Part shown: in pieces, positions 27,816-41,768 of the stretch
How positions within the stretch are numbered: the first letter of the stretch is position 1
Layout of the letters: each line of letters begins with the position of its first letter
Origin: Octopus vulgaris
Lineage: Eukaryota
Length of the DNA: 64,000 nucleotides
NCBI GenBank assembly: GCA_951406725.2
Contig: OX597822.1
Location: 10,354,001-10,418,000 of the forward strand
Reading direction: 5' to 3'
Notes under the pieces: model-generated
The model's input: only the letters and a program-made list of their open reading frames with translations
Database searches by the model: none
Told to the model about the DNA's origin: nothing
Position numbers and translations under genes: made by a program

Positions 27816-28354
27816 AATATTATAACAGAAAGATATGAGAAGAGGGAAGAGCCAAATACAGCCAGGCATTAAGTGAGACTTATGAGATTATGTGGCTTTC
27901 ATACTTGCCTGGTTCTCATTAGAAACACAAGGGCAACAGTAGCTAATCTAATTAGACTGGAAAAAAAAGAAGTTATAAGACTTGGTTCTTTATCACCAGG
28001 AAATAACTTCGTTCTTATTATCGCTGTAAAATGGTGGAATCGATAGAGAACTGTATAAAATAGTTTGTGGTGTTTACTTTTGTTTACTTTATGGTCTTAG
28101 TTAAGAAGATACATCCTAGTTCAACTCAGATTTATATTTTTGTCTATTTTTATTGTTTTTTATTTCTTCTGCGATCAATAAAGCAAGTTCGTATTTGTGG
28201 TTCGTTTGAAGAGACTATAAGACATCCCAACGAAATTATACGATGTAGAAATGGTCTACAATATGATTTTCCATGCCACGGAGGGTATCCGAGTGTTATG
28301 CTGTAATCAACCTGAACTATGGAAAGAAATCGAGGACGCAATCGAAGCCTTTAA

Positions 28355-28499
28355 CTTATCTTTTACTTGCTTCAATCATTAGACCACGGCCGTGCTGGAG
28401 CACTACTTTGAATTTTTATTCGAATGAATGAATCAAACCCAGTACTTCATTTTTTAGCTTAGTACTTAGTCTATCAGTCACTTTTTCCTATCTGTTGTT

Positions 28500-28541
<42 letters not shown>

Positions 28542-28803
28542 AGCATAATTAGCGGTTGGAATAACCGACTAAGGGATAAGAGTATCCGTTCTCACTACCG
28601 GTATCAATTACCTATGTTAACCCTGGGTATAGGTATGCAAGCACACTATGCTCATAAGGTACTAACAGAATAAACAACTGTTTATCAGGATTCTAATTTA
28701 AAGGAAGCAGAAAATGGAGAAAACTTTTGATCAACAAACAGACCAACACCGGTTAATTATTTTTTTATACAGTTTGGTTCATCAATTTATTTTCTATTTT
28801 CTA

Positions 28804-28861
<58 letters not shown>

Positions 28862-29035
28862 GTATGCATGAATATACTACAGGCTTCTTTCAGTTTCCGT
28901 CTTTCAAATCTACTGATAAGGCTTTGGTCGGATGAGGCTATAGTAGAAAACACTTGCTTAAGGTATCACTCAGCGGTACTAAACCGGAAGTACGTGGTTG
29001 GGAAGCAAGCTTCTTACGACACAACGACGCATGCG
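28355..29035 (-). mobile_element. Old SINE family B split by an insertion at 28538-28805
   Basis: Tail half 28355-28505 and head half 28875-29035 flank (TA)n-bounded foreign sequence. Confidence 0.65.
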
Positions 29036-29142
29036 CCAATATACAAACAATTTATACAGATTTATACATTTATATACGAAAATAGAATTTTAAAAATTTT
29101 ATAAAACATGGATTTTTTTGTTACCCGGTTGTTCTTAATAAT

Positions 29143-29349
29143 CTTTTCTATTCTAGGCACAAGGCTCGGAATTTTCCGGGAGGAGGCCTGTTGATTAGAT
29201 CTACCCCAGTGCGCAACTGGTACTTAATTTATTGACCCCGAAAGTATGGAAGGCAAAGTCGACGAATTTGAACTCAAGACGTAATGACAAACGAAATACC
29301 GCTAAACATTTCGCCCTACGTACTAACGTTCGTGCCAGCTCGCCGCCTT
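29143..29349 (-). mobile_element. SINE family A monomer
   Basis: Ends gccagctcgccgcc (reverse-complement head); core present. Confidence 0.85.
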
Positions 29350-30484
29350 CGGTAGCTCTTAATAATCAGTAATAATGTAACTGCAAAATGGCACGGTTGG
29401 TATGGCGCCGAACAAAAATATCTTGCAGTATTTAGTTACATTTTTTCATGCTCTGAGTTTAAATCCCACTATAGACAGTAATTATAAGCTCTGCATCTGA
29501 TTCAATCAGCTAAGCTCTCTTCCTAGAATCCGCAGTCTTGTGCCAATATAAGGGGATATTTTTTAATATATCATGGAATATCAGTATCAGCTGCACGTTG
29601 AACAAAGTTCCCTGTAGTGTTTAGCTGTGGCTCCTTAGATTCTGAATCCAAATTTCACCGGGGTGAATCTGACCTTCATACTTTTGAATTCGATGAAATC
29701 ACTAAGGAGGCATTGTTACTGATGTTTCGCCCAAAGGATGTTTCGCCTTCCGACCGTGATCTTTCTTTCTTTTAATATAGTCACATCTACAAAAATCTTA
29801 ATCTGATGTCCTTCCGTTTTATTTATGACATGATAGGAATTTGCGAGGATGAGGCTATTATTTCTAAGCAGCTCGAAAGTCTGAATGGGATTCTCTCTCA
29901 TTGCCTTGATAAATACCTGCTGTGTACTGGGGGCGTTTGCAAAGCACAGTTACCTCCTTTCAAGTTCGTAAACATGATGTTTTTATTAAAAATCTTACTT
30001 AACACTAATTATTTCTACATTATTGCTTATAAAGACAGCAAATTGTTAGAGAAGTCAGATCGTCAGGCAGAATACATTGCAGTCTCAGATCCAACTCTTT
30101 AGCTCTAAATTCGAATCTCATCGATGTCCACTATGTCTTATCCATTCACTCGAGATCCATACAATTAAACTTGCAGCCTAGAAGGTGAAGTTGCAAACTT
30201 ATTAGGGTATAGAGTGGGAGACCTTGTAGTACTTGTTCTTGGTCTTCATGTTCTATGGAAGACCCCTGTGACGTAGAAATGGGGCGGACTGAATGCATGG
30301 ACATTTGCTAAACTTGTACAAGAAATCTTGTTCAGACCTGCCGTTTAGAATGAAATTTCCAGGTTCTTATACTCGGATCCATTATAAGAAAGGACGAAGA
30401 CCAGGGACTTACCATAAATTAATTTGGCAATCAAATCTGGGTGCGGAGAAAAGGGAAAAGATGAAAACGGAAATATAAAGTTAA

Positions 30485-30690
30485 CCCAAACATGAAAACA
30501 CAAAGAGAAAATACAACAACGCGAGGACGTGGAACAAGTATAGTGTTATTGGACGCTCAGGAAAAGAAAGAAAGCAGGAGGAATTACCGTTTCGAGCGGA
30601 GCTCTTCGTCGGAAACATAGGAAAAGGAGAGATCCAAGGAAGGGAAGAAGGAAGAAAAAAATCACCAACGATACACACGCGGTCACAAAT
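30485..30690 (-). mobile_element. Penelope-like short element, second subfamily, hammerhead-like motif with CCGACGA core (30581-30616)
   Basis: Reverse complement reads gttt-CCGACGA-A-gagc-tcc-gctc-GAAACGGTA; shares ctgag(c/a)gtc.....taa.act downstream with 50770-50968. Confidence 0.6.
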
Positions 30691-30702
30691 TGAAAACGGA
30701 AA

Positions 30703-30790
<88 letters not shown>

Positions 30791-31109
30791 CAGAAATTTA
30801 GATATAGATATAGATATAAAACTGAGGCAAAATTAAAATCAAATTATATAATCTCATTGAAGCTATCGAAGAAATTTATATAAAAATTAGAAACATGGAT
30901 TGAGGAGAAAAGAGAGCTATTGGCAGTATTTCCCTTGTGATATCTGAGATAGCTCCAGCTGGACGGCTTTCATTTCCTCGTTACCAACTAGATTGGTGGC
31001 ATATAAATGTTGTTACTGTGGTCAAACCTCTTTGTCTCTTGTGGCTAAAAAGGGCTCCAATCGGTTGTCATTCTCGTCAATCATGTTTATTTTTGGTATA
31101 GTTTTTATT

Positions 31110-31505
31110 GTTACTCTTTTACTTGTTTCAGTCATTTGACTGTGGCCATGCTGGAGCACCGCCTTTAGTCGAGCAAATCGACCCTGGGACTTATTCTTTG
31201 TAAGCCCAGTACTTATTCTATCGGTCCGTTTTGCCGAACCGCTAAGTGACGGGGACGTAAACACACCAGCATCGGTTGTCAAGCAATGCTAGGGGGACAA
31301 ACACAGACACACAAACATATACACACACGCTTATATATATATACATATATACGACAGGCTTCTTTCACTTTCCGTCTACCAAATCCACTCACAAGGCATT
31401 GGTCGGCCCGGGGCTATAGCAGAAGACACTTGCCCAAGATGCCACGCAGTGGGACTGAACCCGGAACCATGTGGTTGGTTAGCAAGCTACTTACCACCCA
31501 GCCAC
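31110..31505 (-). mobile_element. SINE family B
   Basis: Near-identical to 12572-13003. Confidence 0.9.
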
Positions 31506-32235
31506 ATTACCAACGGTGTTCCAACCATGCCCATCAAGCCGTATATTTCCTATATAGGAAATTATACACATGCACATACATACAAACGCATGCACACACA
31601 TATATGTACAAGTGAGTGCGCGCGCATTTCATTGTGCTTCCTCGTTTCGTTTGTGTATATGCATGTGTGTACGTGTGTGTGCGCATGTGTGTACGTGTGT
31701 ATTTGTCTGTGTATGTTTGTGTGCGTGCGTGTGTATGTGTATGTGTATACATCTTTCTATTTATATGTTTATATGTGTATATTTTGTATGAGCAAATGTG
31801 TCTTTACGCATGATAAAAAATCCTTTATTTTTGTGATTCCTTTCGTTTTTTTGTTGTTGTTATCCTTTCCTCCTTTCTTTCTATTCTCCCAGTAATTTAT
31901 CATTTTATTTGTTTATTTATTGTCAGTATATAGTCCAGTGAAAAGTATTGTATAGCGCTGATATCCAATGGGATAAACGCTGATCCGATATGCTGACGTC
32001 AATTGCGTTATAATGCCCATTTCAATGGTTACATATCTTATCGTATCAAAAAGTCATACGTCTTGCATGATAGTTAGCTAACGTGTTTTCCTATCACAGC
32101 CAGTTATCTCCTCTTGGCTGAGTAACGGTTGCACCTATCAAGACAGATTTACAAACTGTCTCAGCAGACATTTTCAATGTGTCACCCTGTCTAGCTGGCA
32201 GCCATAGACTGAACCAAGCGTTTACGTAGAATGGA

Positions 32236-32940
32236 GGTACCGATGGAGACGGCGATGGCCGAGGCGGTGGCGGCAGTAACGATGATGGTGGTGGAGGTAA
32301 TGGTGGTGGTGGAGGCGATGGTGGTGATGGTGATGGTGATGATGGTGGTGGTAATAGTTGTGTAGTATCGGCGGTGGTTGATATAGTGGTCATGGTGATT
32401 CTAGCTGTGGTGCGTGGCAGTGGTGACGACGATGGTGGTGGAGGTGATGGTAGTTGTGGAGGTGATGGTGGTGGTGGTGGTGGTGGTTGTGGTGGTGGTG
32501 GTAGTGGTGGTGGTGATAGTTGTGCTGGTGGTGGTGATGGTGGTGGTAATAGCTGTGTAGTATCGGTGGTGGTTGATATAGTGGTCGTGGTGATTCTAGC
32601 AGTGGTGCGTGGCAGTGGTGACGACGATGGTGGTGGGGTTGATTATTGTAGTTCGTGGTGGCGGTGATGTTGGCGGTAGTGGTGGTGGTGGTTTGTAATA
32701 GTAGTAGCGTTTGTTGGTGATGTTGGTACTGGTGCTGCCGAAAGTGGAGGCGGCGGTAGCAGTGGTGGTTTTGCTGGAGGTGGTGTTGATGGTGGTGGTG
32801 TTAGCGTTGATGGTAATGGTGACGATTTTGATGGTGGTGGTATTGTTATTTGTAGTGATGATAATCGAGGTTGCGATGCTGGTGTTGTTCCTCTGCTTCT
32901 AATGGATTTTAGTGATGATGGAGGCGGAGATGAAGAGTAA
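32236..32940. repeat. (GGT/GAT) cryptic trinucleotide tract with a ~100-bp internal direct repeat
   Basis: ggtggtaatag.tgtgtagtatcgg.ggtggttgatatagtggtc...ggcagtggtgacgacgatggtggtgg occurs at about 32345 and 32540. Confidence 0.9.
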
Positions 32941-33579
32941 GATGTGCGCATGCGTATAGTATGTAATTTGGTGTTGGATGCGAGCGACGAACAATTTTCT
33001 CTTGATTTCCCTTGCAGAGTTTGTCAAAGTCTACTGAAAGCACATCCATATTGCCACACGAGCGCGCACGCACGCACACACACACACATATATGCATACA
33101 CACATATACTACATACACACAAGTACAGCAAAACTTACTGATACACCAACAGAACATCACAAACACACACTCACACACACACACACATACATACACACAC
33201 ATACAGCTGTACAAACTGACTTTCATTGACATATAAATGCTTATATACACACCACCATATACACACGCTCAGCCATAGATATACATCAGTGATGAGGGTA
33301 GGGTGTAATATTTATGTAGATCTATTCATATACATCGCGATATCACATTGCATCTATCACATTTTTTATCGACACGTCTCAACGCATGGATAATTCTCCA
33401 TTTCCCAGTATGTAATAAAGAGGATAGCAGTAGGTGCGCACACGCACCCAGACAAACGAACATACACACACATACTGAAGAAAATAGCGACACAGCTGTA
33501 CATACGCCTAATAACACATGCACATACGCTCTCCTTAAAACTTTCTATTTAGTAATATATCTGTCCGTGCATCTACCTA

Positions 33580-33699
<120 letters not shown>

Positions 33700-33817
33700 A
33701 CCTACCTACCTACGTGTGCAACTGTTTGCATAATTATGAAAATATACATATTTTTCTCTTCTCTCATTGTGCATAACTGTATATATTTGCCTGCGTATAT
33801 GTATGTATTTATGCGTA

Positions 33818-33885
<68 letters not shown>

Positions 33886-34021
33886 AGTGAGTGTTTGTAT
33901 ACGTGTGTGTGTTTATGCTACTTAGATACAGATATATATGCGTATATATATGTATATTTATATATATGTACATATATATACATACATACACATACATATA
34001 TATATATATATGTATATATAA

Positions 34022-34094
<73 letters not shown>

Positions 34095-34339
34095 CATGTA
34101 TATATGTATATATATATACATACATACACATACATATATATATGTATATATAAATACACACACACATACACACATATGTATATACACATGTATATATATG
34201 TATATATATATATATATATACATACATAAATATACGGCTCTTTACCAACGTCCCTTTTACCTGATTAATAATGAAAAGTGAGAAAACGTCACATTGTTAT
34301 CTATGGAGGCAATAATACAAATTTGAGTGTGTGTGTGTG

Positions 34340-34387
<48 letters not shown>

Positions 34388-34569
34388 TGTGTGTGTGTTT
34401 GTGTGTGTTTGGTAAGAAAAAGAGAGAAGAAGGAAGGAGAAAGGAAGGAAAAAGAAAAGAAGGAGTTCTTGGTCCCACCTGAGTCTGACATGTCCAGAAT
34501 TTCGATCAATCATCGATGAAGCTTTCGCGAGAAATGATCGGATTAACACAGCACGGAAACATAAACCGG

Positions 34570-35205
34570 AAACCACCACCACCACCACCAACACCACCAC
34601 TATCTCTACCATTACTACGACCACAACTAAACTGCTACATCTTTAACATCACCACCACCAACTCCACTACCATCACAATTACCGCAACAAACTCTGCTTC
34701 TACTATAACTACAACCACCACCAAAACCTTCACTACCATCACCACTAGCACCACATCGTTACCACCATTTCTAATAACACCACTGCCATCACTACCACTA
34801 CAACAACCACCCACCATAGCTTCCATTACAATTATAACTAGCAACGTCCTTCTACCACAACCAACACTACCACAGTCACCATTATCATCAAAACTACCAC
34901 CACAGCTTTACCACAACCACTCCCACAACATCAGCACCAGCACCAGCGTGAACACTACTATTACCAACACCAAGCCACAATCCCCAGCGCCATCACTACC
35001 ACCGTCACAACCACCACCATCACCAACACTACAACTACCACTGCTACGGCTATGAATATCACTGTTATTATTACCACATACTATGGCCATAACTACAGCC
35101 AGCACTATCATTTTCACTCATGTAACAACTACAACAAATATAGCTAAGACAATAACAACAACTACTGCAATAACCACAACAATAAAAACAACAACAACAA
35201 CTATA
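34570..35205. repeat. (ACC/ACT/ACA) cryptic trinucleotide tract
   Basis: Direct inspection. Confidence 0.9.
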
Positions 35206-35354
35206 TCACCATTTGGTGTCCGTTTTTAAGAACAGTTTTATAATGTTGACGATGATCATTTTTGTTGCCTATCAGCGACAATATTTGGCAATGGCCACGA
35301 TAGTCATCGATATCAACAAGAAACAACAATAACAATTAGTCGATGCAAGGTTTG

Positions 35355-35750
35355 GACATTTTGGAGTGGAACTGGCGACAAAAAATGTAAGTGTAATAGA
35401 AGTGAGACGCAAGAGACGACTCATAAGTATCTCGGACATAGAACACATGACGAATAACAAAGTGAGGATGAGAATAATTAGACCACACAAGGATCTGCTG
35501 ACAAGGAAACTAAAATTGTATGACCATCTCACAAGAAGCTCTGGCTTAGCAAAGATAATCCTGCAAGACGCATTGGAAGGTGAGCGAAAGCAAAGCAGTC
35601 AAGGAAAAGATAGGTTAGTAACATCAAAGAGGGAACAGGTCTTAATTTCACCGACTCACAGAGAGCAGTAGAAGACCGAGAGAAGTGTCGAAATACGGTT
35701 GCAACGTCATCAGCTTTTGCCCCAAAGACCACACGACCACGATCAAGGAA
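35355..35750 (+). mobile_element. RTE-clade LINE 3' end, degenerate
   Basis: RRLISISDIEHMTNNKVR...KDLLTRKLKLYDHLTRSSGLAKIILQDALEGERK..., then RAVEDREKCR in a shifted frame; typical RTE C-terminus. Confidence 0.8.
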
Positions 35751-36347
35751 TAGGATAGAAGAGATTGGTAAAATAGAATAAGCAGGTGAGTGGGTCAATG
35801 TGTTGAGATATCTCTCAGATCAGAGGTTAACAAGTTATGTTACCATTGAACCCATTTTTTCAGCGGCTTTCAAATTGACAAAGATCAACACCAAATTCTA
35901 AACCAAGATATTGGTAAAATTGTTGCTTCATTTCTTCTTTTCAGCAATGAGAGGACACTATTTAAAAACTGGGGCGAGCTAGTAGGCGATGTTTGTTTGG
36001 TACGAGCTGATATGAATTGCTTCTGACGAAGCAAATAAACAGAAATCCAGATCTATCAATTTGATTATCACCGCTAGGCGACCCTCACCTGCTGCTGCTA
36101 AAATTATTCTGCGCTATACGTCTATATGAGATGCTTTCTCGAGACGAACACTGCAGTTTAGAATGCTTTCGACGGTAAATATAATTTAAGTATATCTACA
36201 GATCGCAAATTTTGAGGTTATGCTGCTTCTGTCGCAAATAATGGCAAAATAGAGTTTGCAACTATGCAGTTCCTTTTAGTTTACTATAGCGTTGGATAAG
36301 TTCAATAGGTTGGACATCATCTTAATTTTTTTTTTAAATTGAAAAAA

Positions 36348-36690
36348 GGCGCAGGAATTGCAGTGTGGTAAGTAGCTTGCTTACCAACCTCATGGTTCCG
36401 GGTTCATTCCCACTGCGTGGCACGTTGGGCAAATGTCTTCAACTATATCCTCGGGCCGACCAAAGCCTTGTGTGTGGATTTGGTAGATAGAAACTGAAAG
36501 AAGCCTGTCGTATATATGTATATATATATATATATACATATATCTATATATATATATATATATGTATGTATTAATGTGTGTGTCTGTGTTTGTCCCCACA
36601 ACACAGGCAAACAGTCGATTTGTTCGACTAAAGGCGGTGCTCTAGCATGGCCGCAGTCAAATGACTGAAACCAGTAAGAGAATAAAGAAA
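36348..36690 (+). mobile_element. SINE family B with internal deletion
   Basis: Head and tail match; the middle segment after tttgtcccc is missing. Confidence 0.85.
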
Positions 36691-36718
36691 TAGAATACAC
36701 ACACACACACACGCACGC

Positions 36719-36752
<34 letters not shown>

Positions 36753-37440
36753 TATACGTGTTTGTATGTTTGTGTGCACGTATATATATGTATGTGAATA
36801 TACATACGCATGTATGTTCATGTGTGTACAGGTAGTATGTTTAAATGAAAATATATACATATTCTGTGTGTGTGTGCGCGCGTGTGTATGTGTGCGTGTG
36901 TGTACAAGTGAAAAAAATGTATTTATGTATGTACGAATCAATGTATGTACCAATTTATCCGTATATGCGTGCGTTTATTGAGGAATGACGCAAAGAGAAA
37001 ATAAAAGATGGAAAAGAGATAAAAACCGATTATAAAGATTATAAAATTGGATCGAATCTGGCAGAATCGAATTGGGTGGGATGGGAGGTTATGGGTTAGT
37101 AAGGTTCTGATCGATGACTAGTTGGATGGATGGTTGGACGGATGGCTTGTTCGCTGTCATTGGGATCGGTGCTAACGCCAAATATCAATGAAGATAACAG
37201 AAACGTCAATCGCGAACAAAGAAAACAATAACAAAAACGATAATGGTAAAAGAATGTGGAAGGAATTCTTGTAGAATCGATCCATCATCGTATAAGGAAG
37301 CTCTATAAAATATTAAGAGGGATTGACGGAAGATTTCCGATTGTTAAAGACACATCTTTCAACAAGAAATATCAGAACTGGTTTTAAAAAGAGAGAGAGG
37401 GAGAGAGAAAAAAAATGAATAGAAATGAATAAGAGAAAGC

Positions 37441-37483
<43 letters not shown>

Positions 37484-37634
37484 TTGACAATTAAAACAAA
37501 TAAACAAATAATTTTAAAACAGAGAATAAATCAATATGCAACAAAAAAACCAATATATTTAAAAAATGAAATTAAATGTATGAGCATTAACGAAATTTCA
37601 TATATACTTATATGGGTGTATATACATTAGTACA

Positions 37635-37682
<48 letters not shown>

Positions 37683-38385
37683 TATATACATACATATATA
37701 TTTATATATATATATATATGTATGTATATGCATATATATACATATATATATACACACACACAGATAGTTAAAAATAAATAGATACGTGTAATTATATATA
37801 CGTATATGTATGTATATATGTGTATGTGTGTTCGAGCGCGTATGGCTAAAGCTTAGATGATTATATGACATCGATGCCGTTGATGAGGTGTTCGACCATG
37901 ACAACAACTATAAACATGATTAAATTCTAATCATAATTATAAATCTGAGGGGAGGCACACCGCTGATCACAGCCAGCATCATTTATATCTAAGTATGCGT
38001 GCATGTATGTATGTATGTAATTAAGTATGTATGTATGTATGTATGTATGTATGTATGTATGTATGTATGTATGTATGTATGTATGTATGTATGAGTGTTT
38101 GTATGCGTATGTGTCTGTGAGTGTGTCTGTGTGTGTGTGTGAAAAAAGCCCTGTGTTGCCTTATAAATTTGCAAATTTGCATAAACTAGCACAAACGGTT
38201 ATGCACAAATCTGCACATTTCTTCATATTTCCATTGGAAATAATTACTATTTGGAAACCGAAGACAATATGTATATACATATGTGTGTATACATATTTAT
38301 ATGCATATATGTACACACACAGACACACACATATATGCATATATATAATGATAATATTATATATATGCAATATGCATAATGTATA

Positions 38386-38445
<60 letters not shown>

Positions 38446-39070
38446 TATATGGGTACAGGACGTCTCTCCAACAGTGTAAACAACATGAAATACTTAGATA
38501 AACGGGTTAAATACGCAAACAACGAGAGAAAAAAATTGGAAAACAGGACAAGTAAACATAGAAAGACAACATCTCATGAGTCGTCGGTTGTCCGTCTACT
38601 CCTCATTTCGAGCATTCAACAACAATATGAGTGTTCAAAGACACTTACTACCATAAATTCTAAAATGAAATTTGGGATTTATGGAGGTTCAAAGTTGGGA
38701 ACAAAAGCAGGACAGTGAAGACATACATGGACATGGAACGAAAGTGTATACTCACACACACAGACACACACACACACATACACACACATATACATACGCA
38801 CACATAAATATATATGTACGATTATGTGTTGCATGATTCCTGATGTGAACGAGTGTGCTGAAACAGATGAGGATACATATCACAGAAAGACAAAATGAAT
38901 TATACAGAACGACAGGAGACACATGGGATAACGAATCACTGAAGATGTCACAAGGATGTGTGAACGAAGATCTTTGATATAGAAACTAAAATAATAATAA
39001 TACAGCTGAAGTGAAGACCAAATATATAGTACTTGCCCCTAATTGGCAATATATGACCATCCACAAGTAT

Positions 39071-39125
<55 letters not shown>

Positions 39126-39366
39126 ATTCAGTTGGAGGATAAAATATACATGTTAAAAGACTTCATACTACGGTACCGGTTCCTTCTGTCAGACAACACA
39201 ACTGTGCTTTATATAATAAAATATGCAAGTATTTGACCGAGCTCAAGAGTCAAATAAGGAGCTGACATTGCATTACTAATGACTCTTTCGATGGACCTTT
39301 CAAGCAATGGCTTTGTTCGTGTCTACGAAAGCAGCTACCGTATACATACAAATATATATATATATA

Positions 39367-39596
39367 TACCGGAGTAAACACATAAATGTGAAACAAGTTG
39401 GAAAAAAGAGTACTCAAATACCAGAGGTAGAGTAATACGCTTTATTTAAAAGCAGCAGAAATTTAACAAAAGCTATTACTCGGAGTTTCACGTTCCCGTT
39501 CGTCGGACAGTTTTGTTAAAAAAAAAATATCCGATGAGCAGGAACGTGAAACTCCGAGTAACAGGTTTTGTTAAATTCCTGCTGCCTTTAAATAAA

Positions 39597-39597
<1 letters not shown>
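39367..39597. mobile_element. Palindromic Penelope-like element with head-to-head hammerhead motifs (diverged copy)
   Basis: Arms about 39440-39514 and 39523-39597. Minus arm: ctgt-CCGACGA-acg-ggaa-cgt-GAAACTCCGAGTA-atag. Plus arm: CCGATGA-gc-aggaac-gt-GAAACTCCGAGTA-acag. Homologous to 41572-41803. Confidence 0.75.
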
Positions 39598-39681
<84 letters not shown>

Positions 39682-39711
39682 TGTATGTATGTATGTATGT
39701 ATGTATACACT

Positions 39712-39929
39712 TACTCTTTACTCTTCTACTCGTTTACTTGTTTCAGTCATTTGACTGCGGCCATGCTGGAGTACCGCCTTTGGTCGAGCAAATCGACCCC
39801 GGGACTTAATCTTTGTAAGCCCAGTACTTATTCTATCGGTTTCTTTTGCCGAACCGCTAGCTGACGGGGACGTAAACACACCAGCACCGGTTGTCAAGCA
39901 ATGCTAGAGGGACAAACACAGACACACAA

Positions 39930-39994
<65 letters not shown>

Positions 39995-40150
39995 TACGAC
40001 AGGCTTCTTTCAGTTTCCGTCTACAAAATCCACTCACAAGGCTTTGGTCGGCCCGAGGCTATAGCAGAAGTCACTTGCTCAAGATGCCACATAGTAGGAC
40101 TGAACCCGGAACCATGTGGTTGGTTAGCAAGCTACTTACCACACAGCCAC
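39712..40150 (-). mobile_element. SINE family B
   Basis: Near-identical to other young copies. Confidence 0.9.
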
Positions 40151-40194
40151 TATGCAAGCAATAATTATTGCTTGCATACAGTTTTTCGAGATCA

Positions 40195-40465
40195 GTGACG
40201 AAAAGTTACTGGAAAAACGATATAAGTATTTGCTTTGGAACACCTTTTCATCCAAATCCGATGATTGTCGTACGCTGATGACAGGTCAAAATCTAGAAAC
40301 TGCAGTCCGTGCGTATAGCTTAGGTTGACGAGGGAAAGGTGACCTCCCTTTGCAAATACCATAAGGGCACAGAAGGAGTGCCTAAAGCCAGCTGGAGACG
40401 ATGTTCTCCTGGGGCCACAAGCTACAGTAACACCCACCCTTAGTGGTTCGCCATATTGAGATGAC
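40195..40465 (-). mobile_element. Non-LTR retrotransposon reverse transcriptase fragment, degenerate
   Basis: PAGFRHS...FLDFDLSSAYDNHRI resembles the RT motifs QxGFR and FxDLxxAYD. Confidence 0.6.
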
Positions 40466-40556
40466 AAGTGTACCTCACATATATGTATATATATATATAT
40501 TGTTCGTTTGTTTTCCACCTGCCTTCGTCTTTTGTTTATTTTCATAAAGCTTCCCG

Positions 40557-40603
<47 letters not shown>

Positions 40604-40639
40604 TGTATGTATGTATGTATGTTTATATATACATAGTTC

Positions 40640-40930
40640 AAACTTATAGAAAAAAACAAAGACGAAGACAGGTGTAGGAACAACATGCAAGTGTATTAGT
40701 TAAACACTCGGGAAGAATGGAAAAGTCTTTTACGTTTCGAGCTTGCGCTTTTCGAAAGAAAGGAATAAGAAGAAAGAGATAGAGAGGATGAAAACGTGTT
40801 GAGTTCAATGGCCCAATATGACGAAACATAGGGGAAAAAAATGGTTGAATGAAAGTGAGATAATAATAAAGAGAGGCTGAATGCAGGGGAGATAATTGAT
40901 GGTGATCCCAGCAAGAGGAGGCGCGCGAGC
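40640..40930 (-). mobile_element. Penelope-like short element with decayed hammerhead core
   Basis: Reverse complement reads cttt-CTTTCGA-A-aagc-gcaa-gctc-GAAACGTA-aaag; shares aaaacaaa(a)gacgaagacagg with 14367-14640. Confidence 0.6.
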
Positions 40931-41174
40931 ATAGGTGTGTTCGTGAGAAAAATGCGTGTGATTGTGTAAGTGCGTATGTATTAATGAGGCAAGTGAATTT
41001 GGTGTGTGTCTGTGTATGTGCGTGTGTATCGTGTGTATATGTGTGTGTTTTGTGTGTAGCAGTTGATGTGTGCTTTTACACGTGGTGTGTGTACATGTGT
41101 ATGTAGATGTGTGAGTGTGTCGCTGTTGGCAAATCGTGCGCATGTGTATAACGTATCTATGGGGAAGAAAGTTA

Positions 41175-41525
<351 letters not shown>

Positions 41526-41676
41526 CTATATACATGTATACAAACATATATATATATATATATATATATATACCGGAGTAAACACATAAATGTGAAACAA
41601 GGTGGAAAAAAGAGTACTCAAATACCAGTGGTAGAGTAATATGCTTTATTTTAAGCAGCAGAAAATTCAACAAAAT

Positions 41677-41714
41677 CTGTTACTCTGAGTTTCTCGTTGC
41701 CGTTCATCAGACAG
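41677..41714 (-). ncRNA. Minimal type-I hammerhead ribozyme motif (sense in the Pitx pre-mRNA)
   Basis: Exact reverse complement of 41731-41768. Confidence 0.7.
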
Positions 41715-41730
41715 TTTTTGCTAGAAAAAA

Positions 41731-41768
41731 CTGTCTGATGAACGGCAACGAGAAACTCAGAGTAACAG
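41731..41768 (+). ncRNA. Minimal type-I hammerhead ribozyme motif
   Basis: Stem I ctgt/acag; core CTGATGA (41735-41741); stem II a-cg-GCAA-cg-a; GAAA; stem III ACT-cag-AGT; predicted cleavage after GUA at 41764. The first stem II position is an A.A mismatch. Confidence 0.7.
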
